From: Tubiluchus corallicola
Lineage: Eukaryota; Animalia; Priapulida
Length of the DNA: 52,979 nt
Assembly (NCBI GenBank): GCA_030141605.1
Contig: JAQGDQ010001239.1
Span: 1-52,979, forward strand
Direction: 5' to 3'
Shown here: positions 36,351 through 49,138 of the stretch, in pieces
Position numbering within the stretch: position 1 is the first letter of the stretch
Layout: each line of letters starts with the position of its first letter
Position numbers and translations under genes: made by a program
The notes under the pieces: generated by a model
The model's database searches: none
What the model was told of the DNA's origin: nothing
The model's input: the letters and a program-made list of their open reading frames with translations, nothing else

Positions 36351-37234
36351 CTATGAGAACAAAGTTAATTAAATATGTATTGAAAACTTCCATTTCAGAA
36401 TGACAGACAGAAATAGGTAGAACAAGCAAATAAGCTGCACATAATCTAGTTCGTACAGAGGTCACAAAAACTGCTGAGAAACCTGCTGTTAATCCTAACA
36501 CAATAAATTGTTGCTTTTAGTGGCAGGTTTATGAGCAAAGGTTACCTATACACGTTAGATCTTTTTCAATCTGGCAAAGCCAGGTCAAATTAAGTAAGAC
36601 CTATGATCATAAGGTCACGTCACATAATGTGGCGTTTAGCAGAGTTACAGACAAGTTGAGAAACATTTAGTAAAGTTACAGTGAATGATACGTATACTTC
36701 AATAATAATCAAACTTTATTAATTAAGGAATCTCAATCTGCTATAAAAATGCGAAAAGCTTTTTGAAGCACAAATGCGTAGCCAAAATGAAGTGTCAAGA
36801 AAATTATTAATCAAATTTGCTTAACAACAAACGAAATTGCTGAAACGGAAGCAGCAACCGACAAACTCAGTCTTTGCCACAAACAGGTAGACAGGCAATT
36901 ATGCTGTACTTATTTATCACAAAACTAGTCAATCTTTTTGTTTGTGTAAAAAAAAAATAATACAGGTGCTTTGTAACAAATTTAGTGAATGAAGCCCACG
37001 CCTGCCGTTTATGAGACTGTATGTAGTATAATCCATTTATAACGAGGCCTGTTATAACGAGCCACTGGGTAATATGAGTAAATTTCAAGTTTCTGTCAAA
37101 GTTTATGCTAAAATGATGTATTTAAATTTTGCCTACAGCACGCTCTGATATTGCAAGTTTTTGCTAACGAGGAAATTTTCAGGTCCCGTGATTGTACTTT
37201 CCCTGCAAAACAATAATGCATATTCTACACTTGC

Positions 37235-37421
37235 CACTGGTTTTCACGTAGTCGACTAAAAAACGATTTTCTTCGGCTGTTTCTATGGTAACCAATTCAC
37301 CTCCCTCGGTTTTGCACTTCATCACAGCCTGCCACCAAGTGAGCGGGTCTTTGTACAACATGTAACAGTTTCCATTGTAGTATTTGCCACCATTTGGACA
37401 ACAAGTAGTACTGGACATAGC
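37235..37421 (-). CDS. C-type lectin (perlucin-like), middle coding exon
   Basis: AMSSTTCCPNGGKYYNGNCYMLYKDPLTWWQAVMKCKTEGGELVTIETAEENRFL is a long-form CTLD N-terminal half; acceptor catcag| (alternative in-frame ttacag| 24 nt upstream); phase-1 donor TG|GCAAGT. Confidence 0.9.
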
Positions 37422-38199
37422 CTGATGATAGCAGAAAACAGTGTTCTGTAAACTGAAGAATCTGTGAGTGTAATGTAATGAAATAAAATATTTGCAATCT
37501 AATGTTATTTGTACAATGTACTTGCTAACGTAACGTGAATAAGTAACATGAGTGAAGATGTAATGATATAATGTAAGGAAGACTGGACGATTGTTAAGAC
37601 TCAATTTCATTTTAATTTACTGTCTAAAATATACATTTTCTTGCATCAAAAGTTAACAATAGTTCGTTATATTTGAATAATTATCTTGAAAAATTAAATA
37701 ACAGCAACCAAACACAGCTATTGCTTACGTCAGAAACTAACCACAGTTTTTGCAATGGCAGGCATCTTCCCTCATGCATTAAACTCATTTGCATAAGTGT
37801 TACAGTACTGTTTAAACGCATGATGTCAGGAAAAATGGGCTAGAAACTAACAGTGCAGTTCATGGTCATGCTTATCAGGGTACCGCTTTCTATTTGTCGT
37901 CCAAGCGAATATGACGAAAGGGCACCACTGCCAATCTTAGTAGGTTCACTGAGCTGCGCGTAGCTTTGAAAATTTAACGAAATTTGAGTATCCGAAGTTT
38001 TTATTATTATTTGATGTAAGCTTTGATTTAAAATCATTTAAATAAGTTTCCAGTTTCCTGAAGTGTCTTTTGTTTGAAGGTCAAAATAAACTATGTCATT
38101 GTTTCAGACAGGTTTCAAAATGTCTGTAAAACTACTTTCTAGTCCTCTAGTCTTTGCAATTTTCTAGTTATTAGTTTGGCACTGTTTCACCACTTTTTG

Positions 38200-38670
38200 C
38201 ACAACCTAGCCACGCCCACTTATCGAAAAATACCTTACCTATCACCACTGGGATACCAAAAATTTAAAAACATACAAGCTCTTAATCCAGTACTATAGGG
38301 GGAGCTGAAAGACAAAACCTCTAACCACATAACATTGGGTTTTCAGTACGTGACAAGCCACTCTAATTCATCGTATTGGAGCAGACTCAGATCCCCATGC
38401 TATGCCAACATAGCTGTGCAAACTGCAAAGGTTTCTATCAGTTTGCCACTGTTTTGAATATGCTCTCAGAATGACCTTTGACCTAGAGTTTTATCTTGTA
38501 CCAAGATTATCTGAGCCAAAAATCTCAAGGGTGCTCCAATTTTTTTTCATTGTAACTTGTCTAAACTCAAAATGGAAGTGAAGCCACGTCGAATGGATGA
38601 CAAGCACTTCGTGATGGTACGACTACAAGGTTAAGTCCAAAAGCTTATGCTAAATTCAGGCATTGTACCA
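38200..38670. mobile_element. Decayed HINE/Helentron-like element in lectin intron 1
   Basis: Motifs ccacgcccac, tgacctttgacct and gtaccaag in the order typical of such elements; termini unresolved. Confidence 0.3.
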
Positions 38671-38802
38671 GCAAATATGTAAATAAAAACCGTAATGGCT
38701 TCCTTGAAAGTTTTTCTATTGTTATCTCTTGGAACCTGCTATTTTTTATCTAAAGCCATTACCACGCTTCAAAATGGACAATGTTATAATAAAAACAGTT
38801 AC

Positions 38803-38907
38803 CTTTGCTGACTTACTAATGTTGCTGAACACACTTTCAGTGTCTGCACTTGAACCACACAAAGTACCCAACAGAAATATCATGTCTATCACTGAAGCCA
38901 TATTCAT
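38803..38907 (-). CDS. C-type lectin, probable first coding exon (signal peptide)
   Basis: MNMASVIDMIFLLGTLCGSSADTESVFSNISKSAK followed by phase-0 donor AAG|GTAACT, matching the phase-0 acceptor at 37421; hydrophobic core and SSA-D cleavage-like site; joined CDS 534 nt, 177 aa. Confidence 0.65.
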
Positions 38908-40859
38908 TGTGCATATAACAACAATTGCTGCAATATATTATGAAAACAAATCCTATAGATCAGTAAACATATAACTAGCAAAAAATTATAAATGGTCAAA
39001 ATGAGAAGTACCTAGAACAATTGTTGATTAAATGAATTGAACAAAAAAACACACAAACCAGCAGTATTTCGATTAATTTTTGTCGTTTATAGAATTGGCA
39101 TTGAACGACAGCACAAAGTAATGAAGATGATGAGTTAATAATTGCTAATAATTCCTCTTTTCAACTACGAAATTATTTAATTTTCGTATTCCAATTCGAG
39201 GATTCTGAACGGGAGTGTAAGGCAGTTTTAAGAACGATGGCTTTTCCATTACGTCAACAATGAGTTGGTAAACAATGTTTCAGTTTCATTGTGTATAGCA
39301 TGCGCACAAACAATGGATTCTTTTATATAAGCCTGCTTTCGACGCTTAGTGATAGAAAACAAATAGGTGCCACGACTTCTGCATGAAACTAGTAAATATA
39401 CAACAAGGCTTCCCACAAACTGCAACAGAAATGTTTTGAACTGATTTAGTCTCGTAAATATTTCTTAATGTCATGTGAAAAATCTTAAGAAATTCAATGA
39501 GTGAAAAGTACTAAGATGCCAAAATTAGTTTTGAAGACATCATAAAAAATTTAGGCTGCTGCTGCAAATTTCTAAAAAATAGAATGCACAGGCACCAAAC
39601 TTTGAACGTTGAGTCAACGACAAAAACAGTAAGAATTTATTTAGAATATGTTTTTTCGAAGATACCTTATATCTCATTCTTGTGCATTTTAGGGTGTTTC
39701 GTGTCCAGATCTAGGATATGTCCCAGCAAAGGCTACATAAAACAAAAATTTTTATTAGAAATCATTTCATTGTGCTAAATACGAATTTGACAATAGCGTT
39801 TTCCTTCAAATTAACCTGGTTATCAGGACAATAAATTGGTGTTTTCGAGCCCAAAAGTTGGGCACGCCCCTAAAATTAACTGGATGAAATTGAAAAATAC
39901 ACGAATGGCATATTTCAAAATGCTAAATGCAAATTTATGAGTGACATCAGAGCCGTGCAAAGCTTTGAAAAATGCCAAATTTGATGATGCAATGATTTGC
40001 CATTGTTGTCTTTTTTCTAAGAAATGAATCGCGATCAGAATTTGCACTTTCTATTTAAAACAAATCTCGGAAATTTCTGAATAATTGGAATTCCTAATCT
40101 CTCAGGTTTAAATTTTCCATTTAATTGCTTGTGAAGTTACACAAGTGCTTTGAGGCCTGTCTGTGCGCAATGCAATTTTTAATGTTAAGGCTGAATTTTT
40201 GATTAAAAATTTTGTCTGCAAATAGCTTAACAACAAATATTAATGCAGAAATGCAAAGCAAGTCTCGGAGGTGTTAATGTTTTACTAAATTACTCGTAGA
40301 ATTCGGAATTATGCAAATAAAATATTTTAAGTCCAAACTAAAGTCATTTTAAATATGTGGACAAATTTATTTCAGAAAGATGAATTTTGAGATTCTGAAA
40401 TTTTAACATTGTCATGTTTGAGCTGCGCATTCACACGGGGGGGGGGGGGTTTGTCTCTCCAGATTTGCACACTCGCCAGTTACTTGACGAGTTAACTCGG
40501 GGAGGAAAACTTGCTTGTCTGAATGCACCGTTGAACTTTACAAGGGGGACACCTCGCTTTGAAAGGGTTGTTTTGTTCTCCGGACATGATGTATTTTAAC
40601 CATAATTTTGTCTAACGTGTATTTTACATATGTGTATTGTAACTGCCTTATAATACAAACCAATGATGTGCAATCTTGCAGTACTCCCATTCTTTTTTCG
40701 GATACTGTAATTTAATCAGGTTTTTGGGGAAAGCTGTCTGTTTAAATACTCAAAAGAGGAATTCTGATATCTAAAAATGATCATGCCTATGGCTAAGCAC
40801 CGTGGCCATAAGAATGCTTTGACGTAAACTAATTTCCGAAGTAAGTAAATTAATATGTG

Positions 40860-41709
40860 AAGGGAAGCAAAGTTTTCCCCACGAGGCAAAACTATCTCTA
40901 AACTTAATATGTACTAACTGTAGTTAAAGGGAAGTAAAGTTTCCCCACGAGGCAAAACTATCTCTAAACTTAGTATGTACTAACTGTAGTTTATCTCTAA
41001 ACTTAATATGTACTAACTGTAGTTAAAGGGAAGCAAAGTTTCCCCACGTTTAGAGGCAAAGCTATCTCTTAACTTAATATGTACTAACTGTAGTTAAAGG
41101 GAAGCAAAGTTTCCCCACGTTTAGAGGCAAAGCTATCTCTTAACTTAATATGTACTAACTGTAGTTAAAGGGAAGCAAAGTTTCCCCACGTTTAGAGGCA
41201 AAACTATCTCTAAACTTAATATGTACTAACTGTAGTTAAAGGGAAGTAAAGTTTTCTCCACGTAGGCAAAGCTAACTCTGAACTAATATGTACAACTGTA
41301 GTTAAAGGGAAGTAAAGTTTTCCCCACGTTTAGAGGCAAAGCTATCTCTAAACTTAATATGTACAAACTGTAGTTAAAGGGAAGTAAAGTTTTCTCCACG
41401 TTTAGAGGCAAAACTATCTCTAAATTTAATATGTACTAACTGTAGTTAAAGGGAAGCAAAGTTTTTCCCACGAGGCAAAACTATTTCTAAACTTAATATG
41501 TACAAGCTAGTTAAAGGGAAGTAAAGTTTCCCAACGTTTAGAGGCAAAACTATTTCTAAACTTAATATGTACAAACTGTAGTCAAAGGGAAGTAAAGTTT
41601 CACCATGTTAAGAAGCAAAGCTATCTCTCAACTTAATATGTACTAACTGTAGTTAAAGGGAAGCAAAGTTTCCCCACGTTTAGAGGCAAAACTATCTCTA
41701 AATTTAATA
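40860..41709. repeat. ~66-72-bp minisatellite, about 12 copies
   Basis: aaagggaagcaaagtttccccacgtttagaggcaaaactatctctaaacttaatatgtactaactgtagtt repeated with indels. Confidence 0.97.
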
Positions 41710-42510
41710 AAGACACTGTAGGTGTCGGGATAGAGTTTCCCATGATTAAACATTGAATTGTAACATGTAGTGACGTCAACTAACACTTATATATTTTCGT
41801 TTACAGATTGTATGTTATGAAGTGATAATGTTTTAACTCATTACTTTCATTTACAAAATATATACAGTTGACACAGGTGGACACCAAATACGTTTCGAGA
41901 ACAAACTTTAGATAAAAATATTCAGTCTAATGCATTAACAGAAAATAAAAACAAATTTTTTCATTGTTCTTGACATGGTGCCGAAAGCCCTGTGCTGATT
42001 TGATTCTAGGGCGGCCAGAAGTCTGATAAAAGTATACATTTTAACACAATTAATACTGCAAAAGCTTTTTTGATAATTAAATAATAGATTAAAAACGTAA
42101 TTAACGGCGGTGGAGCCCAACTGTTGATGACATCACAAACAAACTAACATGATTTTCAACTGCAAAAATATTCCACGAGCATGTTGCACGTGTTTGCGAA
42201 AGTGAAAATTGAAGTACAGTGTTACTGTAAGATATTCAGTGTGTTGTACTTAAACTCGACAAGTTTTAAGATGAAAATTCAAATTTCAAATTTACAGCTG
42301 TGCTCACGCATGAGATGTCGAACGTGTTCAGTCCGTCACAAACTAACACTTCCGAACTGAGAGGTACAACACCTATTTTTGTGCAATGCATTTCCAAAAT
42401 GCAGGCGCTAGTACCCGTCTAACTAGCGAATGGCGAAATGAGGGCAGGCTCAGAAATATTAGAACTAGTATTAAACACATTTCACACACGGCTGTTTAAT
42501 TTACCGTGTT

Positions 42511-42711
42511 GTGGCGCCATCTACAGTAGCCTCTCCGAATATTTACCTGTTCTATCAATAATCACAATAACTTGCTTTGCATCACTTAGCACATTATTCA
42601 TCCATTTTTCTACTTCTTCTATTCTCCACATTGATAAACTTTTCGACTCAGCATAGCACATGTGCGCCACCGGTGTCGTGGCGCCATCTACAGTAGCCTC
42701 TCCGAATATTT
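42511..42711 (+). repeat. 34-bp direct duplication with a CTCF-like core
   Basis: gtggcgccatctacagtagcctctccgaatattt at 42511 and 42678. Confidence 0.85.
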
Positions 42712-43779
42712 TCTACAAAAAACTTAAACATTGAGCAATTGATATTAACTAAAGGATAGCAGAAAGGTTGTTGTTGTAGTTGTTGTTTTTCAGCGGTGAC
42801 GGTGGTGGTGGTTATTTTCGGTTTGTGGGGGATGACAATGGTTGTAGTTGTGGCTATAGTTGTTGCTGTTAATAATTCTGTGGTTGCAGTAACAACTATA
42901 GTACCCCCCCCCCCCGTAGTCTTAATTCCGTTCCTCCAGTTAGAGGGAAATATTTGTTTTTTTCTAATTCTGACATGAAATATAGAAATATTGATTTTCG
43001 TTCCAAGGTCACAAATGACAATGAAGCCAGTGAAGCTCTACAGAACACCCCCTATCTGGCTATTCAGTTGGGGTAGGCTGTTTACAGAAGCTCCAGGGGA
43101 TTTACTAGGTTTGTTTGAAATTTTGGGCAAAATAAGCCTTTTCAAAGTTCCAGCGATTGACGACGATCGTGAAAAGGTCAAAGGTTAAGTGTACCAGACA
43201 ACGCATTTGTGTACACTTGACAACGCCTCGCAGCCCATGTAATTGTAATAGAAATCAAGAAATGCTAGCTATAGAACCTCACCTAGTTCATTTTTCTTAT
43301 TCCCAAACAAGTAAAACAACTAAACTTACTGAACTGATGCAGCAGACAGCTTTGCCTTATACACGTGTCACATGACGGTGGTAGTTATGACACGCGTTGC
43401 TGTGGTACACTTAACATTTCACCTACAGCAGTTACGCATGCGCACAACAAAACTGTGAAAAAGCTTATTGGTCTTACTTTGTTTCACAATTTGTCAATAA
43501 CTCTCTTAAAAGGCTTTGGATTATCAAATAGTACCTAATGCCTTGTTAGCAATGCCTCACTTGTTCCCAAAATTGGACTTACTGGGTTGTTCGTCAAAAT
43601 CTTAACCCTTTCGCTGTCGTAACTCTCTAGTGTAAGAACGTGTTATTATTAGACCACTGGTCTCCCGTGGGAAAAAATCAAAAAGTTGCTCACCACTGGC
43701 ACTGAAGCGTCTGCCATCATTAAATATCACAACGTAGACAAACGTACAATCTGAAATAAAAAAATGTGGTTAGTAGTAA

Positions 43780-43975
43780 GGGCGCTTTCACACGGCGCCG
43801 TCACGAGCGATTCATCCGGCAACTGATGGTCGTGAATAACAGAAAGTTGCGGTAACTTTCTGCTAAGCAAAAATCAAAAGCGTGCGTGTCACGTGGCATC
43901 GTACGTCGACACTAAAGGGTCACCGTGCATCCGCGTGACCGCTTGATGCCGCCGCACGTAGCGTTTACACTTAAA
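43780..43975 (+). mobile_element. Possible left end of a PIF/Harbinger-type MITE
   Basis: TAA followed by gggcgctttcacac and a CpG-rich body; no matching right TIR found. Confidence 0.4.
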
Positions 43976-44865
43976 CCAGTCGACGGTTAAAAACTAAAGT
44001 CTTTTGTGAGGGTTAGTTAGCTGCCAAATTAAAACCAAAGAAACCTTTGTGGGTTTTACAACGAGCAGGGAATCTTTTTATTTACAACTAGTGGAAAATG
44101 AGTTTAAAATGCCCCACTAGTGGTCAAAATTGACCCACCATTGGTCATATTTACCCTAATGCCACTGTATTAGGCTAGATGCCCCAGGCTGATGGTTCTG
44201 CCCCTCCCATCTCTATTGTGAATTTATGGTGGTTTATGTAATGAGCTGATTAAACAATTATTTGTGGTGTATTAGAAACACTATTAACCTAGTTTCTACG
44301 TGGTCATTATTAATTACATGTATTTGCATAGCGCTTATATTCAAGCAGGCTGTGCAACTGCTTGTTGTGTAATACCTTGCACCTGTTCGTCATGTGGCAC
44401 TTATATTGAAGCTGTGCTCAGTAACTGTCTGTGGTATGTTATAAAATGCGCCCTTTACGTGAGTATGCAGGTATATACATTTTCCAAGGAGAATATGATT
44501 TTTTTCTATAATGTGATGCCCCTCAATGTTTGGCGCCCTAGGCTTTGCCTATTGGTCATTATGCCCCCGGGGCATTAACTGTTTTTAAAGCACTGAACCT
44601 CGGCTCCCCGACGTGCACGTCAGATTAAAAATTTACTTCCATTTCCAGTTTTATGTGTTTGTTTTTATATGGCCTGCATTTTACATGTTTGATTGTCAGT
44701 AAAGCATGCTCGAAGACTAACTTTCTGTGTGCTTGAGCGCGCATGTAAAATGAAACATAAAGATTCAAATTATTTGCATGTGGTCAGTATATCTTGTCCC
44801 ACCAGCTAAAAGTCCTTGTTAACCCATACATAATCATTGGATTTTTTTCGGAACCTGAGAAAATT

Positions 44866-45754
44866 GGAACATGAGAAAACCGAAACATGAGAAAACTGGA
44901 ACATGAGAAAACAGGAACATGAGAAAACCGGAGCATGAGAAAACCAGAGCATGAGAAAACCGGAACATGGGAAAACTGAAACAGGAGAAAACCGAAACAT
45001 GAGAAAACTGGAACATGAGAAAACAGGAACATGAGAAAACCGGAGCATGAGAAAACCAGAGCATGAGAAAACCGGAACATGGGAAAACTGGAACATGAGA
45101 AAACAGGAACATAAGGTAACCGGAACATGAGAAAACCGAAATATGAGAAAACTGGAACATGAGAAAACCGGAGCATGAGAAAACCACAGCATGAGAAAAC
45201 TGGAACATGAAAAAACAGGAACATGAGAAAACCGGAACACAAGATAACCAAAACATGAGGCAACTGGAACATGAGAAAACCGGAACATGAATAAACCGGA
45301 ACATCAGAAAACACGAACATGAGAAAACCGGAGCATGAGAAAACCGGAACATGAATAAACCAGAACATCAGAAAACACGAACATGAGAAAACCAGAACAT
45401 GAGAAAACCGAAACATGAGAAAACTGGAACATGAGAAAACAGGAACATGAGATAACCGGAACATGAGAAAACCAAAACATGAGAAAACTGGAACATGAGA
45501 TAACCGGAACATGAGAAAACCAAAACATGAGAAAACTGGAACATGAAAAAACAGGAACATGAGAAAACCGGAACACAAGAAAACCAAAACATGAGAAAAC
45601 CGGAACATGAGAAAACCGAAACATGACAAAACACGAACATGGGAAAACTGGAATATGGGAAAACCAGAGCATGAGAAAACCGGAGCATGAGAAAACCAGA
45701 ACATGAGAAAACCAGAACATGAGAAAACCGGAACATGAATAAACCGGAACATGA
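44866..45754. repeat. 16-bp minisatellite (ggaacatgagaaaacc), about 55 copies
   Basis: Direct periodicity; a 112-bp (7-unit) block recurs at about 44877 and 44989. Confidence 0.98.
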
Positions 45755-46489
45755 TGAGCATGCAAAAATTATTACTGAAAAGCCTTTCTGTTTTTTCTGT
45801 TGTAAATGTCGTTTGAGCCAAAAGTTGAGCAATAGGACGGATTGTGCACACATAAAATATTCAGTCCCAAAATTGTCAAAATAAAACAAATTGAATGGAG
45901 TTGATAACTAATCATTAAGTAGAAGACACAGGCTATGCACTGACTGCACCAACGTATATAATGTTCGTTACAATAACACACTAAATGTAATTAATTCATT
46001 ATGAATTCTGATGTTTTAATTAGAAACCTTGTTTCTTTTATTCAAATTCTTACCTGAAGAGGGGAACATAATTGTAGAGCCACGACTGTGTAATGTTTTT
46101 CAGAATTGTGAAGTATTCTTGTACCTTGTACAATGATATGATCCGTATGAATTTTGTCACGTGTGCAAGTCACGAAGGTCTTTTGTTTTTAGTAGGCAGT
46201 GACTTGCTTGACTAAATCTCAGAGTTTATATCTAAACCTTTGTTTCTACATTGAACAGTTAACATGACAGCAATGTACGTAAGGATGTCACTTTATTAAA
46301 CATTTTGTCACTCTCTCATTAAAGTTTTGGATAGATTGTATGTAGTGTATTCAGTAGTACCTGGCTAAACATATAAAGAACATTTTTATCAAAAAATGTG
46401 ATGATTTTGAAAAAACTGATCACACATGATTACACGTAAAAATTTCTCTACCACTTCGTCTCTTTGATGTATTTAATATACAAGAAACA

Positions 46490-46636
46490 GGTCATTTTTA
46501 CATTTGTTTGATAGGCCTAGAGAGGTAATTTTTACATTTGTTTGATAGGCCTAGAGAGGTAATTTTTACATTTGTTTGACAAGCTTCGAGAGGTCATTTC
46601 TACATTTGTTTGATAGGCCAAGGGAGGTCATTTCTA
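46490..46636. repeat. 34-bp tandem repeat, about 4.3 copies
   Basis: ggt[a/c]atttttacatttgtttgataggcctagaga repeated. Confidence 0.93.
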
Positions 46637-46708
46637 GAAACTTTGCTGAACACCAGTGATGTGCACAACCAAGTGGACATGGTCAGCTTCAAGTGATGAT
46701 CTGACTGG

Positions 46709-47114
46709 TAGGGGTGAGCATCGAACGTTCGAATTCGATTCGAACGAGTTTTTTTAGTTCGAACTCAATTCGAATCCAAAACTATAGATTCGAATAATTC
46801 AGCACTTCAATCACATATGTTGTTTATCACTAAAACGATTGAAACATCAGGCAATTAGTGTGATTTAGCAGTGATTTCTGCACACAATTTTAAACAAATT
46901 ACTAGTCGTTTTATTGCAGAACAAAATCTAGTGATATGCATGATCTTTGTAAGACTAATTTTTACTGGTGGTTCGAAAACTTGTTCGAAAATCGTTCAAT
47001 CTCAATTCGAATTCGGTTCAAATTCGAAACACTGAAGTTCGATTCGATTCGAATTCGAAAGTCACAAATTCGGTTCGATTCGAATTCGCTTTCTGGTAGA
47101 GATGCTCACCCCTA
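46709..47114. mobile_element. Intact 406-bp hAT-superfamily MITE
   Basis: Perfect 14-bp TIRs taggggtgagcatc/gatgctcaccccta, perfect 8-bp TSD ctgactgg (46701-46708, 47115-47122), subterminal ttcgaa/attcga clusters. Confidence 0.95.
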
Positions 47115-47220
47115 CTGACTGGTGACCCTACTAATGACCTGGCTCCAATGTTTTACCTATGTTCACCTCTTGTTCACCTCTTCATTGATGAAAGTTATTG
47201 TTGAACATATGCAGTGGGGC

Positions 47221-47257
<37 letters not shown>

Positions 47258-47279
47258 GTTGTTGTTGTTGTTGTTGTTG

Positions 47280-47311
<32 letters not shown>

Positions 47312-47487
47312 GTTGTTGTTGTTGTTGTTGTTGTTGTTATTATTATTATTATTATTCTTATTATCATCATCATTTTCAATATCATAATCATTGTCATTAT
47401 CATCATCATCATTATTATTATTAATATTATAAATTATAATCATCAATATCATTATCATTATTATTATTATGACTGTAGTAATCATAC

Positions 47488-47541
<54 letters not shown>

Positions 47542-47622
47542 TTTTATTATTATTATTATTATTATTACTAATATTATTATTATCATTATCATTGTCATTA
47601 TCATTATGATTATTATGACTAT

Positions 47623-47675
<53 letters not shown>

Positions 47676-47676
47676 A

Positions 47677-47710
<34 letters not shown>

Positions 47711-47725
47711 TCTGTCATCATCATC
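47221..47725. repeat. Compound trinucleotide microsatellite (TAT/TGT/CAT/TAC)n
   Basis: Directly visible. Confidence 0.98.
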
Positions 47726-47857
47726 CATGGCTACACTAGATTTTCACATACAACTGTAGGCCTACTGGCAAACTTGCGTTTACTTTCAATTTTATCCACA
47801 GCAATTTCAATCGTTCAATCTTTAATGGAGTTTTTCTGTGCTTTTTCTGTTCCGTTT

Positions 47858-48270
47858 CAGGCCCACCCGCGATAAGTGAATTTCCGCGAAGTATGGACGC
47901 TATACTTATTTTAGTAGTAATATATTATTTTAAGTTTTTATAAACCCTCCCCCCACAGCTTTATCCGCAAAGGCAGTCTCTTCATGCTGAGAAGTCCATA
48001 GCGCTTCTGAAATTTATCAAACCAGCCCTTGGTGTGAGAAGCACTCGATGTCGATGGTCTTGCTTCATTGTCATCCGCCGAATAAATACATATTATAAAC
48101 ATTTTAATATACTTTTATACATTTTGTGATTTTTTTATGCAAAATTCATCCAATCTATACATTACTGTACAATACGTACTACGCATGTGCAAAAATACTT
48201 TAGATGGAGTACCGCAAAAACCCGCGAAACAGCGAAAAATACCGCGATAAATATTTTACATTAATGTTTT
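47858..48270 (-). mobile_element. pogo/Tigger-derived non-autonomous remnant
   Basis: Minus strand ~47990-48033 encodes TKGWFDKFQKRYGL, the GWF..F..R.GL motif of pogo/CENP-B-type HTH domains; ccgcga(t/a)a subterminal motifs at both ends. Confidence 0.75.
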
Positions 48271-49138
48271 TGAAAACAGCGTTGCGCATTAGTGTGTAAA
48301 CGTAGTTATTTACGTGGAGCTTCTTGTGTGTTGGTGACGGTAAGTAATGTATGACTTTAATCTGGAATAGTAACGCCTAAAAACCTGTAATATTATAGGA
48401 ATATGTATATTACGCCTGTTGGTCTGCTTTCTGGCCTGCAGGCGTGAAAACAAACAATAGGCCAAAAAAGTAGGAGGTGCGAAAGTGTAATAACGCCGTT
48501 AACACGTGCAAAACTAGCGCCCTTAATTAGGAAATCTTTCAATCAAGCAGCTTTTATCGAAGGTTCCTCGTATTGCCAGGCATTCTTGCTGTGAAAATTA
48601 AACATTTTGTTACATACGTTCATAAGCCACGTTTAATAAAGAACTGTCTTGTTTTATACTATCACACTTCTAATTTCGTCTTTAGCATATGCCAGGAGAA
48701 TTAAATTCACAATGAGAATTTTGAGTCAGCACTTTCATTATCGTAAGTTTCGCACAAAGTGCGATGTGGTGTTCTATGAATCAGTGATCAGCAGTTTGCT
48801 GGCTCTTCATCTTTGCCAGGGTAAACACAACCTAAGTGTGCTAAAGCATCAATTCAGTTCATTATGCTCTAAACGTCATTATATGGCCATGTCCAGTTTT
48901 GCGCCCTTCCCATTTATTACGTTTTTATCTAACTTTTACCTATTTTCTGTAGATTTTATGATTTCTTGAAATGGACTACTAATTGTAAAATAGTACTTAT
49001 TTAAGTAGTTGTAATAGCCTCTATCCCAACTATATTCTTATGTATTATTCCTTCAAATTTCTCGTGACATAAGCGCAACATATTACAAAATGAGACTTCG
49101 CTGTTTAATTTAAAAATAGGTAACCATGATTTAGTTGA

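Noticed and set aside
40410-40680. Possible solo LTR (TGTCATG start, AATACA signal)
   Set aside because: No matching inverted terminus or TSD could be identified
44784-45889. Cys/Phe-rich ORFs up to 355 aa in all three minus frames
   Set aside because: Translation of a 16-bp minisatellite that has no stops on that strand
47122-47875. Poly-N/I/Y/T ORFs
   Set aside because: Trinucleotide microsatellite artefacts
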